Below, piece by piece: positions 52,093-64,000 of a stretch of DNA of 64,000 nucleotides. The notes beneath the pieces are model-generated. The model did not search any database and was not told where the DNA came from. It saw nothing but the letters and a program-made list of their open reading frames with translations. Every line of letters starts with the position of its first letter. Position 1 is the stretch's first letter. The DNA is from Macrostomum lignano (lineage: Eukaryota). Location of the stretch: contig NIVC01000555.1 in the NCBI GenBank assembly GCA_002269645.1, positions 1 through 64,000 of the forward strand, given 5' to 3'. The position numbers and the translations under genes are program-made.

Positions 52093-52752
52093 GCTCAAGT
52101 GAAGTATCGCAAGTTTGATAATAGAAAAGCGATCGATATAAATTTTCAGTTAAAGTGTTATTATAGAGTCATTAAATTGCCAATTTTACACACTAGAACT
52201 TGCGCGATTGGTTAATTTAATAAGAAACCATTTAAAACTGGTAATGAAAGAAAATAATGCAAAAAGTCAAAGCTAGCAGTAAAACTGGCTACTTGTCAGT
52301 AGTCAGTTTAGCATATGAAACTGGCAATAAAAATTCATGATATGCACAAACTTATACGAAAAACACAAAATAAAACATAGAGAAAGTAGTATCATCAAGT
52401 AGTTCAGCATATGTGCTGCTTGTACCCCATTTCTCATTTTTGATCGCTGGACGTAGGTAGAACTGATGTCTATGGCCGAGCTTGAAAGGCATTCGGCAAA
52501 CTGCTGTTGAATTTTAATCAAGTTCAGGCTGTTTTAGCAAAGAAACTAGTGCGCGCTTATTTCTTTTGAGAAGCGATTTTATATCAGACATTGATTAACC
52601 AGAATCAATCGATTCAAAGTCGGCCCAGCTGCTTCTGCAAGACTACCTGTTGTCTATTTTTGTAAAGAATTTGTTGAAAGGTGAGCTGGTAACTGATAAA
52701 ATAGATAGAATTATTAAATAGCAGTTGATAAATTTACACATTTGTAATTACA

Positions 52753-53745
<993 letters not shown>

Positions 53746-53863
53746 AAATTAATGGACCTCTTGGTCAATCGATTTTATGTGGCTTTATTGACTGATTGAT
53801 TGATAGATTGATGATCGATTTGATTGATCGATTCATTCATCACTCTCTCCAAACCTCCCAGCA

Positions 53864-54115
53864 ATGTCAGCCCACTTCGAACTCGATGAGCTGAGCCAGA
53901 GCTCCGAGAGCTACACAGTTGTCGAAGTGACCGTGGTGGAGTACTCGCTGAACTTTTTGGCTGTCATAACTCTGCTGCTTCTAATAGCAATCGTGGCGGC
54001 TGCATTCAAGAATGTATTGGTCAAGGACAAAAGCCAGGCCAGCAGGTCCATAACGGTTGTGGCCCAGCCTCTCAGAGCCAACAAAGCGAGCACTAAAGAA
54101 GTCTCAATCGTTTGA
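53864..54115 (+). CDS. Candidate 83-aa single-pass membrane microprotein
   Basis: Acidic N-terminus, hydrophobic LNFLAVITLLLLIAIVAAAF and a basic tail; GC3-rich codons in AT-rich surroundings. Confidence 0.45.
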   Translation: MSAHFELDELSQSSESYTVVEVTVVEYSLNFLAVITLLLLIAIVAAAFKNVLVKDKSQASRSITVVAQPLRANKASTKEVSIV

Positions 54116-54551
54116 GTCAGCCAGTTGCTAAGTATTGACAGGGGCTAATTCTGCACAAGAAATTGTATATTGCGTACTATTAGTAGACCTTGGCGCATCT
54201 GACCCGAATAAAATTTGCTTTAATGTGCAATTTTAAAGAAAAACTTTGCGACAGCTAAAATGCAAATATAAAATCCAATTCTTTATGCATAAAACCAAAG
54301 CAAGTTTGGTAAAATAAAACTGAAATTTCAAACTTCCCGGCAGAAAGATTTTCACACAAACCTTTAATTTCCAATTTGCACTGTCAAATATATTTTTATG
54401 AAGTGGTCTTCATTGAAATTGGGCCGTATATATTGATATTTTAGAGTACAGTTTATAATTCACAGTTTGATGAGGGAGGGTAGTTCGTATTTGAAGATGG
54501 CTGCATGTGTGCATGCGTTATGTATTGGCTACATGTACATGTACCACCATT

Positions 54552-54938
54552 ACATGACACTGCCACCTTTCATGACTCAGCCACCTTCCATGACACTGCC
54601 ACCTTCCATGACACTGCTGCCTTCCATGACACTGCTACCTTCCATGACACTGCCACCTTCCATGACACTGCTACCTTCCATGACACTGCCACCTTCCATG
54701 ACACTGCTGCCTTCCATGACACTGCCACCTTCCATGACACTGCCACCTTCCATGACACTGCTACCTTCCATGACACTGCCACCTTCCATGACAGTGCTAC
54801 CTTCCATGACTCTGCCACCTTCCATGACACTGCTGCCTTCCATGACACTGCTGCCTACCATGACACTGCCACCTTCCATGACACTGCCACCTTGCATGAC
54901 ACTGCCACCTTCCATGACAGTGCTACCTTCTATGACAC
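54552..54938. repeat. 18-bp minisatellite
   Basis: CCATGACACTGCCACCTT x~21. Confidence 0.95.
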
Positions 54939-55572
54939 TAGCATATTCTTACAGCAGCGTTACATCCCAAGAATCATTACAGAAGAGTTCTGCACTATTT
55001 GCACGGAAACAAATATATTAAGAGAACTGCATCTAAGAATTTCTCGTTAAGAAAAATATTTATCTATAGTTGCAATGTACACTGACCAGCTGCCAAAAAA
55101 GTAATTTTTAAATTAACAGCCTCTTAGCTTAGAGCATCAACAGCGCAAGACCGTTGGGTTTAATGCAAAAGACAGAGAAGTAGAAAGATAAAGTGTGCTC
55201 AAATAATAATAACGCTCGTAGTTGTTATTCTCAAACTGTTCTTTTAATGCCGTCTTTATCAACTAGAAAATGGTTGAAAAACACAAGTTGTGACCCAGTG
55301 AGCTCTGCATATTCAGAAAGCTTTATGCGAGCTGCAAAAAAGTCGTACAATTCCATGTGTCCCTATCATCATGCAGCGTACATTTTTCAGCAAAGAAAGG
55401 GAACTTCATCAAAAAACAAAACGTGAGTTGTATGGGTGCAAAAAAGCATATTTTCGGTTAAAAGTCTTGAGTACGCACAAGTGGGCCCATAAGCAACAAG
55501 ATTTTAAAGTTAATTTTTTGCTTGCGGGCAATGTCATTGAATTGAATATAGTGTAGATTGGCCTATATATTC

Positions 55573-55840
55573 AATAGAAAGTTATAGACGTCTCCAATAC
55601 GCATTATTCCTACGTCCCCAAGACGAACGTGTTGCATTTTTAAGTCAAATTTACAAGAAGTTTGATTTTTGGCTTAAGTTTGGAGAATAAATATTGCTTC
55701 GAGACATGACACAGCTAGGTATGGTTAATGTTTTGCAATTGAATTTGCAAACTTGATCTTAAAATCAAAATGAATCGTCTCTGAGACGTCCATACGGCCA
55801 CATCCCTAAAGAATATATTGGAGACGTTTAACTTTCTATT
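55573..55840. mobile_element. MITE-like element
   Basis: Inverted ends AATAGAAAGTTATAGACGTCTCCAATA / TATTGGAGACGTTTAACTTTCTATT. Confidence 0.55.
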
Positions 55841-56397
55841 AAGTCCACTCATTTGTCGTACGGGATATACATGTAGAAGGGCTAAAAAGGTTAAAACGGT
55901 AACTACGGCAATAATGTGACATGTCAGCCGCCAGGGGAAAGATTAATAGAGCATGACAGATCAATCTGACACGCGACCCTTCTTTGTTCGGTGCTGACGG
56001 CTATGCACTATCAATAACAAATTGAGTCTTCGTAGCAAGAGTCTTATATTTGAACTTTGACTGATTGTATTTAATTGTATTATTTATTTGATCTGACAAG
56101 ATTTAAACTACGAGCTATTGCCGTTAAATCATTGGTAGTGAGTTATAGTGAACAGGCACCACGCGGCGGACCAACCAGAAAGCACGCACAAAACCAAAGA
56201 ATAAGAGCAAAATCGCGGTTTAACCGTTTTTAAATAATACAACGCTCATATTTCTATGAAGGATACAGTAAAACAAATTTTAGGCGTTCAATATTGAATA
56301 ACTTATAAATTCACTAATGAATAGTAGATAAAATAATATAATGCTAAAGAGAAATTAATAATACCAAATTATTTTTTAAAAATAAATATCAACATCG

Positions 56398-57324
56398 TTA
56401 CAAATCATCGGAATCACTGCTGACTGAAATTCCTAACTCGGCAAGTTTAGCCAAGAGCTTTCTTTCTTTTCTCTCTTTCTTATCCAGTGCGTCCTTGACT
56501 CGTTTCTCTCTGTTTCTTCCAGTTTCGATGTTTTTTTCCATCTCTGCTGTATTTTTTTCCAGGCTCGAAATCAAGTTGGACAGTCGATTCAGCTCCCGAA
56601 GCGTCGCGTTCATTCTTCCACGAGCTTGGCTAAACGTTTCAGAGAGGCTACGAAGAGTACCGGACGTAACGTTAGTCCAAGCAGCAGTGCCTACGCAGAC
56701 CGTTGTCAGGCTTCCAGCAGCGAACATCACTACAGGAGCAGCCGTGCCAGCAGTCGCCACTGTCGCTGCAGCTGCACCCAAGCCAAAGACTGCTGCTGCA
56801 CCGTAGCCTTTTTGTTTTCTGTTGGATTCCTCTTCTCTCTTGCGAGCCGCTTCCTTCGCTAGCTCTTCAACTAAGAGGGAGCAGTCATTGATGGCGGTGG
56901 ACAGTCTGGCTCGAGTCTCAGAGTATTGCTCTTCGCAAGCTTCACACTTTTTCAAAAGTTTTTGCATATCTTCCAACAGTTTGTCAAGTTCGTCGGAGCT
57001 TAAACTTTTCTTATCACTGCTGGATTTTTTAAAATCATCTGCAAATCCGTCCCATTTTTCGCAGAGCTTAAGGCACCTTCCTTTCAATCCTTCTGCAGAG
57101 GATTTTGCATTGTCCATCGAGTTGAAAAAATCTTTTCTCTTACTGTCTAGGCTAGAAGGACAATCTGGGAGATTCACCAGCTCATCTCTTGCTTTTGTTG
57201 TGGAATTGCAAAGTTCGGAAGAGAATTTTTCTGCCTCTGACGCAATCACTTTGGCATTTTCCGTGCCTATTTTCGTAAGCCATTGGGCGATTGAGTTGTG
57301 GTCGTAGTCTCCTCCTTGAGCCAT
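56398..57324 (-). CDS. 308-aa coiled-coil protein with a central hydrophobic hairpin (ClyA/ApoL-like architecture)
   Basis: KGYGAAAVFGLGAAAATVATAGTAAPVVMFAAGSLTTVCVGTAAW at aa ~172-216 between heptad regions. Possible 5' UTR intron at 57461-57334. Confidence 0.82.
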   Translation of the reverse strand: MAQGGDYDHNSIAQWLTKIGTENAKVIASEAEKFSSELCNSTTKARDELVNLPDCPSSLDSKRKDFFNSMDNAKSSAEGLKGRCLKLCEKWDGFADDFKKSSSDKKSLSSDELDKLLEDMQKLLKKCEACEEQYSETRARLSTAINDCSLLVEELAKEAARKREEESNRKQKGYGAAAVFGLGAAAATVATAGTAAPVVMFAAGSLTTVCVGTAAWTNVTSGTLRSLSETFSQARGRMNATLRELNRLSNLISSLEKNTAEMEKNIETGRNREKRVKDALDKKERKERKLLAKLAELGISVSSDSDDL

Positions 57325-57574
57325 TTCTTGAAACTACAATAATACGAGTAAATGACTTTAAATTAGCATTGATACTATAGTATTACATGAGCATTTACCA
57401 TTCGATAATTTTACGTTCATTTATGTTTAATCATTCAAATAAAAAATACTTATGCACTTACCGGAAAAGGATATGAGTTTTATCAGTAATAATTGATAGA
57501 ATTAAACTTCAACCAGTACGAATGTTAAAACAAATAAAGTGTCTGAGTTTCCGCATGAATAGGTTCACTAGAGT

Positions 57575-57670
57575 GGGGATTTACGGTATATTTACGGTAC
57601 TGTCTGAAAATTTCGAGAAAATTCCACGGCTTTTCCACGGCTTTTCCGTGGAATTTCGCAATTTTTCTGC
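57575..57670. promoter_or_regulatory. Cluster of Rel-family-like motifs upstream of the 308-aa gene
   Basis: GGGGATTTAC, GAAAATTCC, GGCTTTTCC x2 and GGAATTTC. Confidence 0.3.
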
Positions 57671-57798
57671 GGTAAAACGAGCCAGGCAACTAACTAACTT
57701 ATGATTATTACAAGTTGTTTATAAGCCACAAAGCCGAAGAAGGTCTGTCTATTTAAATTTTTTAAGATTTGTTTTGCTTGAAGAAAGTTAATTGGACA

Positions 57799-58176
57799 AG
57801 GGGGGCCGTAGCCCAGCGGTCTAGCGCAGGCTCTGGTGTGCCAGCGACCCAGGCTCGATTCCAAGTGCAGTCACATTAATTTGAAGCTGAATTGGAATCT
57901 CGGCTTGGCTCTGCTCGTGCAATTAACGGCCTTGACAGCCAACCCCCCAAGGCGCAGTGAAGTGTACATGCCTAACGATAAAATAAAGTTAGGGCCGCTG
58001 TACACTCCTGTGTGAGTGTGTGACTGCGTACGTATCCGCGCGCTTGTATGCCTGCTCAGGGGAGTCGGCGGAATGGGCAGTAATGCCTCTTGCCGGTTGT
58101 GTGCCTATTTCGCTTAAAGGGCGCCAGGGTGCACACAACCCCCCTGCCTATAATAAAAAAAAATAAATAAATAAAT
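57799..58176 (+). mobile_element. tRNA-derived SINE
   Basis: A box TAGCCCAGCGG, B box GGCTCGATTCC, an A/(TAAA)n tail, and a 14-bp TSD AAGTTAATTGGACA at 57785-57798 and 58177-58190. Confidence 0.9.
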
Positions 58177-59251
58177 AAGTTAATTGGACATTAAGGAAAG
58201 CAAAAATATCCTATCTGGATTTACAGTATAAGTACAACCGCATTTTTAAAGCGACATATAAAATTGTTTCAGCAAAGTATTGAATATCAACACGTTCTAC
58301 TCAAATAAGTAGCTAGCGACGTTTTATGCTACCATTATTTTCAGTTGTAACGTACCTCTTCTCAATATTATTTTAATAGAGTGCAATGAAAACTGCGATT
58401 CCTTACTGAGACTCACGTCAGTAAGACAGAAAAAGCTAGCCATGCCCCAGCTGCTGCTGATCTGCTTGGAACAGTTTGCTTAAAGCAGCGCATATGGTGT
58501 GGCAAAAGAAACCTTAATTAAAGTGTCGTTTACGAGACCAAAATGTTGGGCAGAGTAGCCTACCTATACTGGTCAAAGTCAGGGCTCTTTAGTTAGCGGC
58601 GAGGGAATTACTGTTAAACTCCTAGATAGCTGCTGGTCTGTTGTCGTCTCAACATTTGAAAATGTCAAAAGCCCAAAGCAGTAACTTCTCACAGTGATAG
58701 AAGCGTCACATCTCCAAGGACAACGTCAAATCTCCAAGGACAACGTCACATCTCCAAGGAGGTCACATCAACAAGAACAGTGTCAAATCTCCAAGAACAC
58801 AAGAACAGTGTCAAATATCCAAGGAAAGCGTCAAGTCTCCAAGAACAAACATTCACGAAATTCTAATTACAACACTACTCAGGGACTACTGTAGTCCCTG
58901 ACACTACTATAATATGTTAGGGAGAGCTGCACATCATGCGCTCCGTACGGCGTATCATTTCAGCATGCGTGAACGAGAGTGCAAAAGTTGCTTTCAGTTT
59001 ATTATCATGGCCGAAATAAATGGCTTGGCTCATTCAAAGTATTTTTAGCCGACGTGTCACCAACTTACGCCATAAAATAGTCACAAAACTTATCTATAAT
59101 GCCTAGTGATAAGCTCTACTACATGTATGTACACGACCTGGCTTGCTGTACTGGCAAAGTGTGGCAACTTCGCGTTGTGAATACATTTAAACTGACGATT
59201 GGGAAGAGTCTATAAATGCTCGCTGCCAAGAGACGCTGAAAAGCTACTGAA

Positions 59252-59482
59252 ATGAAAAACTCGAAAGACATGAACAAGGCGGTCTTCGAAGCACCTCATG
59301 ACGCAACGCTGGATCAGCCTGCAGGCTCGTCAGATCGGGAGAAAATTATTGCAACTTCAGTGGAGGACACAAAAGCAGAGACGAGCAAGATGGAGACTCT
59401 GGAAAACGTCTGCTGCTGCATCCACATCTGCTTGGCGTGTCTCGAGTGTGGCCTGGATATTGCCAACCTCTTCAAGTCCTGA
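59252..59482 (+). CDS. Candidate 76-aa protein with a Cys-rich C-terminal membrane anchor (CYSTM-like)
   Basis: Hydrophilic N-terminus followed by VCCCIHICLACLECGLDIANLF. Confidence 0.4.
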   Translation: MKNSKDMNKAVFEAPHDATLDQPAGSSDREKIIATSVEDTKAETSKMETLENVCCCIHICLACLECGLDIANLFKS

Positions 59483-59662
59483 CTGAGTCAATCTAGTCTA
59501 TTTAATATTGAACAATCACCGCGTACTTTTATTTCCAATTATTGCTTATACAGACCATTGTACTAAACATTACTGCGCAACTATAGTACACTACTCTACA
59601 CAACAATACACTGAAGTACACTCTTAGAGACTACTTAAGTGTCGTTTGCATATTTGTATGGT

Positions 59663-60900
<1,238 letters not shown>

Positions 60901-61067
60901 GGTTTGACACAGAACAAATATATAAAGATGAATGAATAAATGGTCATTGACGATTAAAAATTTATTGGTTAAGTTTGATGAAAGTCCGTCTAGCTCTCTA
61001 GCTCTCTTGGAAGAGATGCACTGTGCACACATACAGTATAAATTTCCTTGCGCAGAGACTGCATCAG

Positions 61068-64000
61068 TGTTATGTCCTCTTCTTCTGCTTCTATACCGAC
61101 TATTGCCTCCAGGCTACCATCTGACATCAAAGTCAAGTCGAAGAAGCATTATTTGAAATACGAGCTGTTCACAAGCTTTATTTGCCTCTAGCCGGCGCAC
61201 GTCTTGTTTGCCCTTTGTAATACTGTTAGCCTTCGGCTCTTAAAGAAATAAAATATTGTACCCTAGACTATAGACAAAAGAAGGGATGCATTAGTGCATT
61301 TGCTAAACCAAAAGTCCATACACAACATTCCCCCCTTTGTCAATTAATATCTCAACCGGTCCGGTTTCTGCAATTTGTCTCTGTCCCTCAGTCGTCTAGG
61401 TTCTTTAGCCGATGTGTCAGTGCTCTTGCCACGAGTTCCGTCTGAGTCGGTTGTCTGTGGTTCGTCTTGCACGGGCCCGCTTTGGGCTGCTGGATTTAAA
61501 ATGTCCTCACTCTGCATTTGCTCACGAGCCAAGTCAGTCTGATCGTCCTGATGCCTCGTCATGATTGGTGGAATTCGGGTGGGAAGAACGTCTGTCTTGA
61601 CAATTTGATCAACGTGCCTCTTCCAGATTTGACCGTTGACCTGCAGTCTGTAAGACATTGGTCCTGTGCGGGTGACCACCTCGGCAGGAATCCATCTGTT
61701 CTCTTTCTCCCTTCTGAAATCCAGCGTCAGAACTTTTTCTCCCTCCTGGAACTCCCTCGACGACGCTCCTCTATGGCTTTTTCGTTCGGTCACACCAGTC
61801 TGCTTATCCAGTACTTTTGAGTAGGTGTCCGGCCTAAGAAAGTCCAATTGAGGCCGGCGCTTGTAGCACAGCATCATTTCAGCTGGCGTCCTACCAGTTG
61901 TAGAGTGAGGTGTACTTCTGTATCTGAACAAGAAGTCCTGCATACTCAGTATTGGGTCTCCATGCGTTTTGATTCCGGCTTTAATAGCAGACTTCGCAGT
62001 CTGGACCATCCTTTCGCTAAGTCCATTAGTACGCGGATGTCCAACAGCCGTTAAAATTTGACGAATATTATTTCGCTTCAAAAACGCACGAAACTCAGAT
62101 GAGCAGAACTGACTGCCGTTGTCACTTAAGACTTGCTGAGGAATTCCGAACCTTGTGAAAGTATCTCGCAGGCACTCAATTGTCTTACTTGTAGTCGTAT
62201 GTTTCATAGGAAAAATCTCGACCCATTTGCTAGTTGCGTCGACAATGATAAGCCAGAAATATCCGTGAAATGGTCCCATGTAGTCCAGCTGGATTCTTGT
62301 CCATGGCTTCTCTGGCCAAACAAGAGGTTGTACAGGTGCCTGTGCAGGTAAATTTCTTTGCAGCTGGCAACCTTACAGCTTCGGACTAGGTCTTCGATGG
62401 CACTATCGATTCCAGGGAACCAAACATGCAGCCTAGCGATAGACTTCATAGCAACTATTCCAGGGTGTCCGTCGTGAAGCAACTCCAAAACCATTCGTTG
62501 CACACTCCTTGGAATAACGACGCGCAGTCCCCAGAAAATCACTCCTTGCTCGATACAAAGCTCATTTCTTTTACGAAAATACTGTTTCAAACCTGGCTCA
62601 CTTGTTTCTGGCCAGCCGTTTTGGCAGTAGTGAACGACTTTTCGAAGTTCTGCGTCCTTCCGTGTCGCGGTTCTAATCGTCTCTGCTGTGATCGGTAGCA
62701 TCTCAAGTCTGACTTCCAGAATATTGTCACATGAGATGTTCTTGGCTCGATCTGGTAAGCGTGAAAGCGCGTCCGCATTTGAATGGTCCTCTGTCCTTCG
62801 AAATTTGATTGTGTATTAGTGGGCGGACAGAAGTACGGCCCAACGCTGAAGACGACTTGCTGCGATGCTAGGGATATCCTTTTTGTCTCCAAAGATGGTT
62901 AGGAGCGGCTTATGGTCCGTCACAAGCACGAAATGATGTCCAAACAGGTACTGGTGGAACCTTTTTACTCCGAATACTATGGCCAGCGCTTCCTTCTCCA
63001 ACTGCGAGTAGTTAATCTCCGGCTTTGATAGCGTCCTCGAAGCATAGGCAACTGGCCTTTCATCACCATTCGGCATCACGTGCGAGATGACACATCCGAT
63101 TCCATACTTTGAAGCATCCGTTTGTAGAACGAGCTGCTTCTTCGGATCGAAATGCGCTAGCACTCGGTCAGATGTCAGCGTTTTCTTCACCCTGTCAAAT
63201 GCAGTGTTGCACTCCTCACTCCAGCGAAACTCCGATTCCTTGCACAACAGTCGATTGAGCGGTACCAGAATCGACGACAGATTCGGGATGAACTTCGCGT
63301 AGTAGGTTATCATTCCAATTAGAGAGCGAACTTCGGTTGCATTTGTTGGTGCCGGTGCATTGTGAATTGCCTCAACTTTCTCGTTTGATGGGTGAAGTCC
63401 ATTTTCGTCAATAACGTATCCGAGGAATGCAATCTTGTTGAGACGAAATTCACACTTCTTTCTGTTTAAATGCACGCCATAATCTGAAAGGCGCTCCAAC
63501 ACAGCGTTCAACCTATTATCGTGGTCTTCCAGACTGGTTCCAGACACCAGAATATCATCTATGTATACAACGACGTCCAGGCCCTGCAGTATTTTCTCCA
63601 TGGCCTCCTGAAACTGAGCCGGTGCGGATGCCAGTCCCATTGTGAGTCGGTTATTTGAAGAAAATCGGTTGAGCCATTTTTTCTGAAATCTATCGCATAC
63701 CCACAGACAACTCATTTTTAGTATATAGGATATTGAAACAGACCGAGATGAGTGTTGATAGTGGTAAACCTTCTACAGGATTCTTCCAACTCAAGCTGCA
63801 GGAATGCTTGCGAGATGTCCAGTTTGGTAAAATATTTCCCGCCATTTAATGTTGCAAAAATTTCTTCTGGTCGTGGCAGAGGATACTTGTCGACCTCTAA
63901 TTGTGGATTGACTGTCCTTTTAAAGTCAGCGCAAATTCTCACTGATTTTCCATCGCGCTTGAGAACAGGAACGATTGGCGATGCGAAATCCGATGCCTTC
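61068..64000 (-). mobile_element. Degenerate Ty3/gypsy retrotransposon (3' portion; continues past the window)
   Basis: RT (RICADFK, YIDDIL), RNaseH (LQTDAS, EKEALA) and integrase (GHPG, MGPF..IVDATSKW, SDNG) split over frameshifted ORFs. PPT at ~61328-61338 and a putative 260-bp LTR TGTTGT..ATAACA at 61327-61068. Confidence 0.92.
63654..63730 (-). mobile_element. 77-bp Helitron-like 5'-end fragment inserted in the RT
   Basis: Inserted between the A and T of a TAT codon with no TSD. Begins TCCTATATACTAAAAATGAG and contains AACCGATTTT; removing it restores LFQY-NRLTMG. Confidence 0.65.

Noticed and set aside
57800-57875. tRNA gene
   Set aside because: No convincing cloverleaf or acceptor stem; it is the head of a TSD-flanked SINE.

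Overview
Eukaryotic (animal) genomic DNA with spliced genes, GC-rich exons and very repeat-rich introns. The style resembles a free-living flatworm such as Macrostomum, but that is an inference only. Recognisable host genes are MBLAC1 (-), WDR26 (+, 6 exons, about 647 aa), CHMP2A (+, 2 exons) and a 3-finger Gfi1/senseless-like C2H2 gene (-, 5 exons). There is also an orphan 4-exon membrane-protein gene (-) and two candidate microproteins. Three single-exon coiled-coil genes (646, 323 and 308 aa) share a GYG + Ala/Gly hydrophobic-hairpin signature at residue ~170-180, an architecture recalling ClyA-type alpha pore-forming toxins and apolipoprotein L. Mobile elements: a decayed piggyBac carrying a nested 5'-truncated RTE-like RT fused in frame to the transposase start codon; a Ty3/gypsy with open gag/pol whose 5' LTR is replaced by a 189-bp copy of the downstream flank and whose 3' LTR holds a Crypton-like remnant; a tRNA-derived SINE with a 14-bp TSD; several MITEs; and a second, broken gypsy with a 77-bp Helitron-like insert. 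All 14 modelled coding introns carry their own minisatellite. A ~2-kb CpG-free tract with C>T-type decay lies between MBLAC1 and WDR26. All gene models and family calls were made by eye, without database searches.
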